Shown: positions 24,002-34,485 of the stretch, in pieces | Layout of the letters: every line of letters starts with the position of its first letter | Position numbering within the stretch: the first letter of the stretch is position 1 | NCBI GenBank assembly: GCA_002269645.1 | Contig: NIVC01003330.1 | Coordinates: forward strand, 1 to 34,485 | DNA from: Macrostomum lignano | Lineage: Eukaryota | Reading direction: 5' to 3' | DNA: 34,485 bases | Program-made: the position numbers and the translations under genes | Notes under the pieces: generated by a model | The model's database searches: none | Told to the model about the DNA's origin: nothing | The model's input: the letters and a program-made list of their open reading frames with translations, nothing else

Positions 24002-24981
24002 TAGGATTTTTCGTTTGATTTCATAAAATAGCCATTTGATTTCGTCCATAGAAGTTGGCAGCGCGGCCATAGAGTCTATGGCAATAAAGTGCACTGTTTT
24101 CCGATTGAATTCATAACTTTGCCACTTCATTTCGACATACCCAGTAGAAAGGCAACAGAAAAGTCGATGCGCTTGTCCAGTACAGAAAGAACTGTTAAAA
24201 ACAGAAAGCTGTGTATTTAAGTCACATGAGGAAGTAGGCAGTTCAACAGTGAAATCAGTTATGTCCGCCAAAGTTAATGCTCGTTCGCAGCAACAAGCTA
24301 CAAATTTCACATTATCTGCTGCTCATTGATGCACAGGGGCAGAAACCGCATCACATGTCGTTCCTAGGCAAGGCACTTCGAGGCGGAAATTTCCTCTAGT
24401 GCAACGTAGCCGCAGCGGAAAAGCACCATGAGTCTCCACTGCGTTAGGTTGATGCCATCAGGCGGATTGCTAAGTTCCTGTTGAAGCTCAGGTGTTGCTA
24501 GCTGGCGTTTAAGCGAAGCCTTGAGACAACTGTGTGCCTGCTCCGCGGCGTTAAGAAATGGAGTACACTTCACTATGGAGTACACTGTCTGTTTGTTGAT
24601 GTTGAGCCATCGTGCTATGTCCGTCACTTTCTCACCCCTGTTCATTGCTTCAATGACAAGATGCCTTCTGTCGTTTCCAATGGACGCGTATGCAGCCATT
24701 TTTAGGCACACAAGGAAGGTGACTGTTGCCCAAGAAGAGGACACGTTCATATAGGCTTTTCATTTCTATGAGAGGTTTGGCCATAGATATTCACCCACTG
24801 ATATCCCAGCCCCCTCTGGCAGTGTTTGAGCCACTCCGCACGCCAAGTCGAAATGAAGTAGCAAAGTTATGAATTCAATCGGAAAACAGTGCACTTTATT
24901 GCCATAGACTCTATGGCCGCGCTGCCAACTTCTATGGACGAAATCAAATGACAATTTTATGAAATCAAACGAAAAAACCTA
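24002..24981 (-). mobile_element. Internally deleted IS630/Tc1-mariner-superfamily DNA transposon (980 bp), 135-bp TIRs, TA target duplication
   Basis: TIRs 24002-24136 and 24847-24981 are near-perfect reverse complements, flanked by TA (24000-24001, 24982-24983); an internal transposase remnant is present. Confidence 0.9.
24364..24699 (-). pseudogene. Truncated transposase ORF (111 aa): N-terminal HTH fused in frame to the C-terminal xPFLNxxEQ segment; most of the DDE domain deleted
   Basis: RRHLVIEAMNRGEKVTDIARWLNINKQTVYSIVK is a Tc1-type HTH. CTPFLNAAEQAHSCLKA matches the PYSPFLNPIE-type motif carrying the catalytic Glu. Confidence 0.8.
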
Positions 24982-26826
24982 TAATATTTTAGGGATTTCC
25001 TCATTATCGCTTTTAAAGCCTGGGTAATATTGTGATTATATCATAGACTATGTGGCAGAGTTATACAAGCGCCTGAGCTGCCACAGATAATAAAACACTA
25101 GATATTTCACTCTGCATTGAGTAAAGCCATTTTTTGTGTTATAGTCTATGGCTCAAAAGAGTGTCTACTCATTGGGTGTGCGTCAGCGTGCGCATGACAA
25201 GAAAAAGTGCTATAGTTGCTCCAAAAATGAATTTTGACGCAAGGCACTGCTGTTTGACGACGCACCCATGTTCGTTCACGCTACTAACCAAAGAGTAGTT
25301 GCAAAAATCTAAACAAGAGCGAACTATCTAGGGTTATAGTATCTGTGTGAGCTGCATCGATGTATATGGGCATGGGGTGTGAGTGTCAACCATAGATTTA
25401 AAATGATTTAATGAGTAACTATACAGTTAAATTATAAAAGCGTGAATACAGAAGCAAAACGAAGCTATTAGGTACAATTTAGTATTTTATAGGATCCCAT
25501 ATGGAAGTTAAGGATTAACATCTAGCTATAAAAGCAGCTATAAAATGTTCAACTGACTTACAAATTGAAGATTGAAGATTTGTAAGCCCAAGCCATAGGG
25601 CAAAAAGGTTTTTTTGGAATTCAGCTAGCGGGCGAAAATTTAAGCCTCTAGAAAAATACATCTTCACTTCTAGCTAATGCATTACTGGAATTCTTCTTGG
25701 CTTTTTCCGCACAAAAAATCCCGTCTGGAATCAGCGTATGAAGCTTTAAGTTTTTGTCGAATACAATTTTGACTCCAATGACTTCTGTTCGATTTGAAAT
25801 CTTGAACAACGGCGCATACACGTTTGCGTGAGGCAATGCAGAATTTTCTTCAATTAAAAATGCACGAACGGACGAGGTATGGAATATGAGGCTTTGAGAA
25901 TTCGGAGAAAAATCACCTCCCCCTCAGTGGCGGCGCAGGGGGGCAGGGGGGGGCAGCTGCCCCCGGGTGACCACAGGTCACTGCCTCAATGGGGGTGCCC
26001 ACCCCACCATCCCACGGCCCTCAAAAAGACCCTAGGAAGGGAGGGCAGATGGTCATCCCTTGCTATGCAACTTGGATAAATGATTAAAAATGCATTTTTA
26101 TAAGAAATTTCGTGTTGTACATTCATTTTGTAAGAAGTGTGTCAGAATTTGTTCGTAATTTTTTACTTCCTTAGAAGGGTACTAAGAAAGTAAAAAAGTT
26201 TCTTAAAGGACTAAAACTGCACGTCTGGGGGGAGGGGTTCCATTTTGATCCATGACATTATCTTGACTATAAGAAGCAATAGTGAAAAAAAAACTAAAAC
26301 CGCACAAAAATAATACTATTCGGAATGGGACACTAAATATAAGAGCTTTCTAGTCTAAAGGCCGGTGTTGGTTGTTGGTTACAAATGGAACGCTTGCATA
26401 TTAGCTGGCGAAGAAGCAGTCAGTCTGGGCAATGCAATTAATATACAGCATTGCAATAAGTAGGCAATCAACAATCGTACTTTTCCAAGTTGCAATAGCA
26501 AGGCGCCTTTACGTTTCCTACAGTTTCCCACTCTTGACAGCAGGACCTGAAGGGAAGAGGTGCTTAATTTTCAATACTAATTTTCCTCACCCCCGTACAT
26601 GCGGTTAGAATACTGCTGACCAATAATGCAAGACGGATCGAGCCATTGGACGAAGCATACACTGGACGCAAGAGAGAAGTAGTCATATAAGTGGGAACAG
26701 TTGGCTAGCTTTAGGACGAATCTGACGCTAGAAGAGTACTTTCATTTGGCATATAATTTACATGTAAAAATGAAAACTGAGAATTTCTCTAACGAAGGCA
26801 ATGAAGAACAATAGTTCGAGACCAGA

Positions 26827-28512
26827 ATGACACAAGTTATTCGAGGCGATACAGTCTATAGCTTGGGTCCGTGCCTTGGCAAAGGCGGTTTCGGCACCTG
26901 CTACAAGGCGGTGGAGCGATCCTCAACAGCACCCGTTGAGCGAGTAGTAGCTCTGAAGAAAATCAGCCAACAGATGGTTAAAGAAGCGGCCAAGGAGCCG
27001 TACCTCAGATACGAGATCGCGCTGCACAGCCAGCTGGCACACCAAAATGTCGTCGAACTTTTTCTGACATTCTCGAGCAACGACAGTATCTATTTTGTTC
27101 TCGAATATTGTAATAAGAAGTCGCTGGCAGACATCATTATCCGCTTTACTACTCTGCCAGTCGATGTGGCGGCTTACTACTTTTGCCAACTAATTGCTGG
27201 TCTAAAGTACATTCACGGGTGCCGAATTCTGCACAGAGATTTGAAGCTCAGCAATATCCTTGTCGACGCAAACGACGTAGTAAAGATAACTGATTTTGGA
27301 TTGTCCTGCACAATTACAAGAAGCTATTTGGAACGACACCTATCGTGTGGTACGCCGAATTACTTAAGTCCCGAAGTTCTGCTGAGACAGGGTCACACAG
27401 TTAAGTCAGACATATGGTCATGCGGAGTTGTACTATACGCGTTGTTTGGCGGAGTACCGCCTTTCCAAGCGGAAGAACTCTTGGAAATATATAGAAACAT
27501 TGTGTCCGGTAGCTACCAATTTACAAAGTATCACACTGACGATCATCTTAAGCATCTGATAGCCCGACTGCTGCAACTAGATCAAGAGGAGAGACCGGAA
27601 CTCGACGATATTCTGCAGCACGAGTTCTGTCGCTACGGAAAACAGTACGAACATCAGTTAATGCAAGACGAAAAATCAGCAACTACATGCGCAAATCTAG
27701 GCAATAGTTCAAGCATTAGTACAATGTCGAAAAGCCTCACTAACTTGTTTGGCAAGCCTAAACAGGCGACAAGCCAGGAAAAACCGGAGCAAAACGAAAA
27801 GCATCAGAAAGCTTTTCATCCTTCAAACTTGAACGGTGTACCACGGAGCCTCACAGTTGTCGATTTAAAACTGCGGCGTACAACCAATCTACTGCAGTAT
27901 TTTCGTAATAGACCAGCTTGGAAAAAGCGTGCTACAGACTTTCAAGCTGGCTGGCTAACTTGGTGGCGCGACAAGACCTCCACAGTTGGCTTCTATTATC
28001 AGTTGTCAACTGGTTACAACTGCGCTCTCTACAACGATGCCACCAGCTGTCTGTACCATAGAGAAACCGGACAGGCCCACTTTCTAAACCTGCAGTCAAG
28101 CCGACGCATTCACACCGAGAGCTCCGCTAATTTAGAGACGATCAACAAATTCTACGAACCAATGCTACGCGACATTATCGAAGAGTTTCAAGACGTCTCA
28201 TCGACAAATCAGCTTGGCGAGCAACTTAGCTGGGTGAGCCAGAACAATGGCCAAGGCAACGAAACAATCGACTATCTCACTAGATGGACAACTTGTTGCA
28301 ACGAAACCTATCGAGTATTCTATTTCTCGGATGACTCGATTCAAGTCAACTTTGCAACTGCGTTTGTGCTTCGACTGTGCGGCCGTTTGTGTTATTTTTA
28401 TCAGCCAGCAAGATGGAGCTTCCTGGTGGAGTCAAAACCATTCGATGCGTGGTGTTTCCAGGAGATCAATGCAGAACTAGTCGATGTGCTGTGTGATATA
28501 TTCCTAGAATAA
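26827..28512 (+). CDS. Polo-like kinase (kinase plus two polo boxes; PLK1/2/3-type architecture), intronless and divergent, 561 aa
   Basis: LGKGGFGTCY, VALK, EIALH, HRDLKLSN, DFGL, CGTPNYLSPEVL; PB1 WLTWWRDK..GFYYQLSTG..ALYNDAT; PB2 YLTRW..FSDDSIQVNF. AATAAA overlaps the stop codon. Confidence 0.93.
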   Translation: MTQVIRGDTVYSLGPCLGKGGFGTCYKAVERSSTAPVERVVALKKISQQMVKEAAKEPYLRYEIALHSQLAHQNVVELFLTFSSNDSIYFVLEYCNKKSLADIIIRFTTLPVDVAAYYFCQLIAGLKYIHGCRILHRDLKLSNILVDANDVVKITDFGLSCTITRSYLERHLSCGTPNYLSPEVLLRQGHTVKSDIWSCGVVLYALFGGVPPFQAEELLEIYRNIVSGSYQFTKYHTDDHLKHLIARLLQLDQEERPELDDILQHEFCRYGKQYEHQLMQDEKSATTCANLGNSSSISTMSKSLTNLFGKPKQATSQEKPEQNEKHQKAFHPSNLNGVPRSLTVVDLKLRRTTNLLQYFRNRPAWKKRATDFQAGWLTWWRDKTSTVGFYYQLSTGYNCALYNDATSCLYHRETGQAHFLNLQSSRRIHTESSANLETINKFYEPMLRDIIEEFQDVSSTNQLGEQLSWVSQNNGQGNETIDYLTRWTTCCNETYRVFYFSDDSIQVNFATAFVLRLCGRLCYFYQPARWSFLVESKPFDAWCFQEINAELVDVLCDIFLE

Positions 28513-31500
28513 ACTGGGACTGCAGCTATGAATCGGGAATACAATGCAGAAATCTGTTTGGTACAGTGCATATCAAAGATATTACACTTCTTCAAAAATA
28601 TTTAACAATTGTACAGTTGAAACAACAAATTTATACATATTTTAGCAGCATGAATAATCTCATAGTTGGTAAATGTTTAGAAAAATACTTTTTGCTTCTT
28701 TCTTTTTATTCTAACAAATACACCAAAAATTAAATATTTGTATTATTGCTATTACTGTTATAAACCTATGCAAATAACTTTATACATAGAAAATGATTAC
28801 TCTAATGCAACAAATAAACATAGTATAATGCACAATGTGCAAAAAACATGAAAAGTTTATTGAAAAAAATAACAATGAAATAAACTAAATTCTTGTATAA
28901 ATAGTAATATCAAGCCATTGCAAATTGCAGGCACACTACTTATAGTAGGTGAGCAATATATAAAAGATAAACAAACAATTACATAATTTTTATGGTGATT
29001 ATACTCATCACAATTTATATAGAAATAACATGAATAAATAAAAAGTTAAAATACAAAACAAAACTAGAGATTAAAAGACTTTGTACACTAATTTTGAATA
29101 GCCTAGCATATATACTTAATGATCCATTTTTATGATATAGCTGTTCTTTCTATCATATGACTAAATAAATTTCAAACATAAATCTAATGAGAAGTCTAAG
29201 TACATTCTTAAATAGTGTTATATACTACAGAGTTCATTCTTTTATTAACCTAGAAATTCTCATATATATTTCTTAATAAATTCTTCTAGTAAATGTATCT
29301 TAGATTATCTAGGTATTTAGCTATCTGGAATAAGTTATTACTAGATAAGAGAGTCATGGCCTTCTTATTATTGTACTTAAGAGGTACTTATCTACTATGC
29401 TTTTTATCTAGTATCTTACTTAAAATCAGTAGTATACATTGGACTAGTGTGACCTTGCAGGTTTGGCTATTGGTTTATTATGGCTTAGTGGATATAACCA
29501 GGTTGAGTTTTGGTAGAGTGTTGCCACCAGGCTCCTGATATTCTCAAATCCTATGTTAGTGATTAATGAATTGAGTCAGAACACCAATGAATTTATTTAC
29601 TCCAAAAATTGGAAAAGAAAGAAAATAATTAAGCATGCAATAGTTAATACAATAATTAACCCTCAGTTGTACAATGTTATTTAGGCAAAGACTCCTTGTA
29701 GTGCATTGTTATAGCATTGACTACCTTTAATAGTTCTATGTATCCTTGCTCATATCACCAGTCTTACCTTCTATATCCTATGCTGAATTGTCTTAAATAG
29801 TTTGTTAAGTTTCAAGACTAAAACCATAACATACATGCAAGTTTCTCTTCCCAGAACTCCAACTGCTTAGTAATTATGAAGAAGCCCAAAATTTGAATTT
29901 TTTATTTCACTATAATTACTTTTCCTGACTGAAACTACTGGCAGTAGTGTAAAAGCATATTTATAACCTATTCCAATATTATGCCCTACTACATTATAGT
30001 ATGTTTAGCTATTATTTCACTGTTTCAAAATTATGCATTTTAAAACAAAGTATTTACTACAGATTGAAAGTAATATTTTACATATATATTTACTTATAAT
30101 ATGAAACAAATAGACATTAATACTTTAGATAGCTTAGCATATATTCCCAACAATCATTTTTTTCTAAAAAGGATGTAGCCATTATTTTTTTATCATGTGA
30201 CTACATAATATAAAAGCAATAATCTAATGTACTCATAGTATTTTACTAAGAAATAGTCATAATACATATTTCATTAATATTTATAGCCTTGGTAATAAAT
30301 AGGGGCTAAACTAATGTATGACCAAATTAACTTAAGGCCTAAGTAAATTTAGTGATTAATTAAAGATTAAATCTGTGGCCAAAACAGTCTATAGATGAAA
30401 CAAGCAACTATTCACACTCTAGAAGATGTCATTCATGCTAGAACTTTCTAGTATACATTGTATTTGGAGTGCAATATATATTTTTAGTTCTAGTTCTAGT
30501 ATATTCTCTGGTATGCATTCAATATAATCTAAATCTAAAGTATAGCTAGTTACTAGTTATTAGTTGCATACTTGAGACTAGTCCAAATTTGAATAATACA
30601 ATAATGATAAAAGTAAAAGATAGCTTATTTAGATTAAGGTTGTTCAGTTCTAGTTCTTGAATCATACTTTGAAATGTGACTATAATAAAATGGCACCTAA
30701 TAAAACAATATTTTATTATTAAAATATTAAGATTGCCATAAAATAAAAATACATAACAATAAAAATAATTATCATAAAGTTTGTCTTTTTTCATTTTGAC
30801 TTTTTTTCTAAAATAACAAAAACTCTTTGGCAAAGCTTAAATCAATTTTAATAAATTGTTTGCCAAAATAGCCAGGTTTATACAAAATGGTCATTGCAAA
30901 AAATATTTTGCGGTTATTGACTTTTGCCAAAAATACCTTGTCAAAGTGGGTTGAAACCAATTGGAAGTCTACCAAATATATCTACAAAAATAATGACAAC
31001 CTCATTAGACCTATCTAAAACAATTTATCCCATATGCACATTTTAATATAAACTGCATATGTACTATGACTACAAGTCAAAAGGATGGCAGATCAAAAAG
31101 CAAAAGACAATAGTCAAAGGATGACAATCAAAGGGTGACAATCAATATTTTTAAGCTAAAATTACAAGTTCATATATACGAGCTATTATAACAATTAGAC
31201 TTCTCTTTCTGGCGTACACCTTACCATCTGCATAATGGGTCCCTTGTAAGCCTTGACATATCAGCAGTTCTCCCACAAGCCTTAACATATAAACCCCCCC
31301 TTGACAACTTAGCAATGCCCCCATAAGCCTTGAAATCTTAAAAAAATCTGTCAACCTTCTAACCCTAGCCTTTTAGCCCAAACACTAACCTTAGCCTAAC
31401 CCTAAAGTATTGACATTTTAGTAATTCTTGTCAAGAGTCATGAGATAGGCCTTATTTAGCCCCGCTTGTTTTCTTAGAAGTATTGTATTTGAAACTAGGC

Positions 31501-31989
31501 TAATTTTTGTTTTAATGAGTGTAATATTGGTAATATTGTAAATATTATGAATATTATGAAATTTTATTTGTTTAAAACCAAACTAAAAAAGGAGTATAAA
31601 TACATGAGCAGAATCAGAAGGAAACCAACTCGTCTGCTGCTTGCTTCAAGCTTAAAATTGCTCTAGTACCTTGAAATTGAAGCCTTGTTCAATACTTACT
31701 GACTTAGTTATTAAGAAGCCCTAAAATCGGGAGAGTCCAAACCATTCTCAGAAGAACAAGAAATCTAGATCTAGAATATGAGAAATTGCCTTTAGAAGGC
31801 AGGAATCCTACCATAGGGTAGAGAAGTCCAGACTCAGAGTCTGAAAAACCCACCTCAGGGCAGGAAAAACCCAGCAAAGTACGCTATGACCCTCTGATCC
31901 TAGGAACGGCCAGGACTGAGAATAATATATTTAGAATATAGGGATAGGATTGACAGTGCCTAAAGACTGCTCAGGCCAGAAATTACAAC

Positions 31990-32094
31990 AAAAGTACATA
32001 TGCTACCAATAAAAGTACATACGCTACCAATAAAAGTACATACACTACCAATAAAAGTACATATGCTACTAATAGAAGTACATGCAGTACTAGT
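31990..32094. repeat. 21-bp tandem repeat AAAAGTACATA(CG/TG/CA)CTACCAAT, ~5 copies
   Basis: Directly visible. Confidence 0.88.
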
Positions 32095-32137
32095 AAAAGG
32101 CAAGTAATAACCAGTAAGATTAATAAGAAGAAATAAT

Positions 32138-32536
32138 TAGAGGTCGGACGGGACTGAAATCTTCGGGTGGGATCAGGATTGGGAATAATTTTTTTCTCAG
32201 GATCGGGATTGGGATTCGAGAATTGGGATCAGGTCTTTTAGCGTTTTGTCCATGTAAAGTTAAACAAAATTGAGAAAAGATTGTCAAGATCAAGAAGTAA
32301 AACACAACGAAATTGATATGAAGTTTTGTAACCAACAAAGACAAAGTAAATAATATAACAAGTACAAGTTAAATCAAAATAACTTCAAGTAATCACTAAT
32401 TCTAATTCTATAAATTTTTAATCAAAAGACCTGTTTCTGAATCCCGAGTTTTTTAGGGTTGGGATTTTGGTCCCATGGGAATTCAATTTTTTTTGGGATC
32501 TAGAGATTTCGGGATCGGGATCCCATCCGACCTCTA
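32138..32536. mobile_element. hAT-like MITE (~400 bp)
   Basis: TIRs TAGAGGTCGGACGGGA / TCCCATCCGACCTCTA (15/16), many subterminal GGGAT motifs, candidate 8-bp TSD GAAATAAT / AAAATAAC (6/8). Confidence 0.75.
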
Positions 32537-32882
32537 AAAATAACCCCTGTTATAACTTTGGTGGCAATTAGTAGGATAATTGGAGGACAGAAATAAGCTC
32601 TAGGACAACTTTGGTGTCTTAGTGATGAGATTCTCAATGTATAGGAATTACCACTGTAACAACTTGGTGGCATAATGGTGGAATTTTCATAGAGAGCCAA
32701 AAGGCATGTAACAGTCATAGCATTACAGCATTATAGCAATTCCCTATAAGCCTTGACATCATAAGGATTCCTAACTGAATCTCTAGCTAGGCCTAGCTAA
32801 GGCTAGCTAGGCTGGCCAATGCAATCAAGACAAAATAATATTCCTATTAAAATTTAAGGTCAGACAAGGTCTTAATCTTGAT

Positions 32883-33850
32883 TGTCAAGATCTTGGCATT
32901 CTTTTGTTTATAATCCCCTTATATTTTTTCTATAGAACATGGCACTTTCATTATATGATTCCCTATGTAAAAGATACAAGTCTTGTTTGCATATCAATGG
33001 AGTATATTTGAAGTTCAATTAGGGCCTACCCTATTCAATTGTAAGCTACAATTCTTGGCAAGAGTAGGGACATATCTATATTCACTTTTGTTATATGATC
33101 ATTCAAATGGAGGAAATGTATGGAAAGGGATCAGATAACAAAACTTGGGCTTTTCATCAATTTTGTAGGCTTAGGGGGCCTATTACAATCCCCCCAAGTT
33201 GAAAAATTGTTTGCAAGGGATTGTGTAGCTTATTTAACCCCTTGTCTAGGCTACCTGATGTAGATTCCACAAAAGTAAACCATGATTTTTTTCTGGTGTT
33301 CCTCCCTTCTCTTTTTTAAACCACCCTCACTTTTGTTATATGATCCCCAACAACGTAAAAAATGTTGTCTATAGGCCTACTGTAAGGGGATTGTAAAACG
33401 AAAGTACGGGGGGGGGGGTCAAGCATGGAATTATTAGATAGTATGAACTATCTTTATTTCACATAAAAGCGCGATACCTTGATTTCATTTTTGATATACA
33501 ATCCCCTGCAAACAAATTTTCGACTTGGGGAATTCGATGAAAAGCCCAAGTTTTGTTATCCGATCCCTTTGCATACATTTCCTCCATTTAAATGATTGTA
33601 TAATATAACCAAAGTGAATATAGAGACATCCCTCTTGCCATGAATATTTTCGAGGCTTTGTTTGCCTCTTTTTGGTTGAACTCCACTTCAAATAGACATC
33701 AATTGAAACTGCCTTAATGCAGTGCCTTTGACTCATGGATAATGTTTCGTCTGATTTCTATTCTTTGACTGCGTATTTTACACGGGGATCGTATAACGAA
33801 AGTGCCTAAGAATGGGGATCGTAAAACGAAAGAATGCCAAGATCTTGACA
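32883..33850. mobile_element. Non-autonomous inverted-repeat element, superfamily unassigned, with repeated internal CACTTTCGTTATACGATCCCC motifs
   Basis: 32883-32918 is the reverse complement of 33814-33850 (first 22 nt identical). The motif recurs at ~32941, 33082 and 33327, and inverted at ~33385 and 33784. No TSD was resolved. Confidence 0.65.
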
Positions 33851-34485
33851 CTTTTTGAAATTTCAATCTCGGTTATGAGATCTTAAGATTTAGGACAAGA
33901 TTTGCAATTACATGACTATTTATAACTACGATATTTATTATGTGGTTATGGTGATCTTCCAGTTTGTTTCCTGATATTATTTTTAAGTTTGAATTGGTGC
34001 TGTAACATAGTGCCGTGAATTTGTCCGTGGCCATACCATACCATACTTTGAGCGTTTGAGGTAGGTACCAATACAGCAAAATATTTATTCTAATAAAAAG
34101 CCATGGTTTCTTTGAAATTCATAGGTTAAACTACAACTCTGTAAGTAATAGTTAAAACAAAAACAATATAGAGATTTTAAAAACTATATAACTTTAACTT
34201 TTTTTATGCTATTAATGTTTAGGCAAGTTTTTGTATTTAAGTATTATCAAGTCAAACATTATTTTAGTTTTTTTAATTTTGTTAAAAAGCGCGCTAAAAT
34301 TAAACAGATTACCGGTACGGCCATAGGCATGGGTCGAGGTTGACGAAATCGGGTGAATAGCTACAACTTTCTTACGTTAAGATCGGACAGTTAGCATGTC
34401 GACTGCAATCACGACATGATTTTCTCTCGATTAAAAGCGAATATATAGCTTCCTTTAGGCAGTATTTGGCGTGAGTTTCAAATTT

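Noticed and set aside
23957-24954. ORFs 23957-24310, 24521-24754 and 24766-24954
   Set aside because: They run through the transposon TIRs or antisense to the transposase remnant.
25925-25970. CAGTGGCG..GGGGGGC..GCTGCCCCC as one end of a hAT-type MITE
   Set aside because: It resembles such termini, but I found no partner TIR or TSD in the window.
27860-27915. LLQYFRN in the kinase resembles the PLK1 inter-polo-box linker LLKYFRN, suggesting a domain rearrangement
   Set aside because: The segment aligns adequately with the polo-cap preceding PB1 (VD..L..L..P); the similarity is likely coincidental.
29293-31354. ORFs 29293-29538, 30546-30833 and 31151-31354, and an NIRSL motif on the minus strand near 29540 as LINE endonuclease
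   Set aside because: Low-complexity AT-rich translations; no further endonuclease or RT motifs follow.
31355-31410. CTAACCCT/CCTAA repeats as interstitial telomere
   Set aside because: Only a few degenerate units; such motifs are common in ordinary dispersed repeats.

Overview
Eukaryotic genomic DNA from a bilaterian invertebrate; the lineage cannot be fixed from sequence alone. Three protein-coding genes are supported. (1) A single-exon class A peptide-type GPCR (+, 1556-2754 or 1556-3259), broken by one clear and probably two further 1-nt deletions. (2) A five-exon TRAF7 orthologue (-, 19891-12485, 611 aa, all introns GT-AG); its RING has His->Asp at a zinc-ligand position, and each of its four introns is largely filled by a different minisatellite. 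(3) An intronless, divergent Polo-like kinase (+, 26827-28512) with an intact catalytic core but lacking the activation-loop Thr and the polo-box His/Lys phosphate pincer. The rest is tandem repeat (roughly 60% of 3850-20420), a tRNA-type SINE family (2 copies plus a fragment), an internally deleted IS630/Tc1-type DNA transposon with 135-bp TIRs, a hAT-like MITE and a second inverted-repeat element. A strongly CpG-depleted, TpA-rich domain starts just after the kinase stop codon and fades inside the last element. No prokaryotic features, rRNA, bona fide tRNA or CRISPR arrays were found. Most short ORFs in the supplied track are repeat artefacts or antisense shadows. Family assignments rest on motifs recalled from known proteins, not on database searches.
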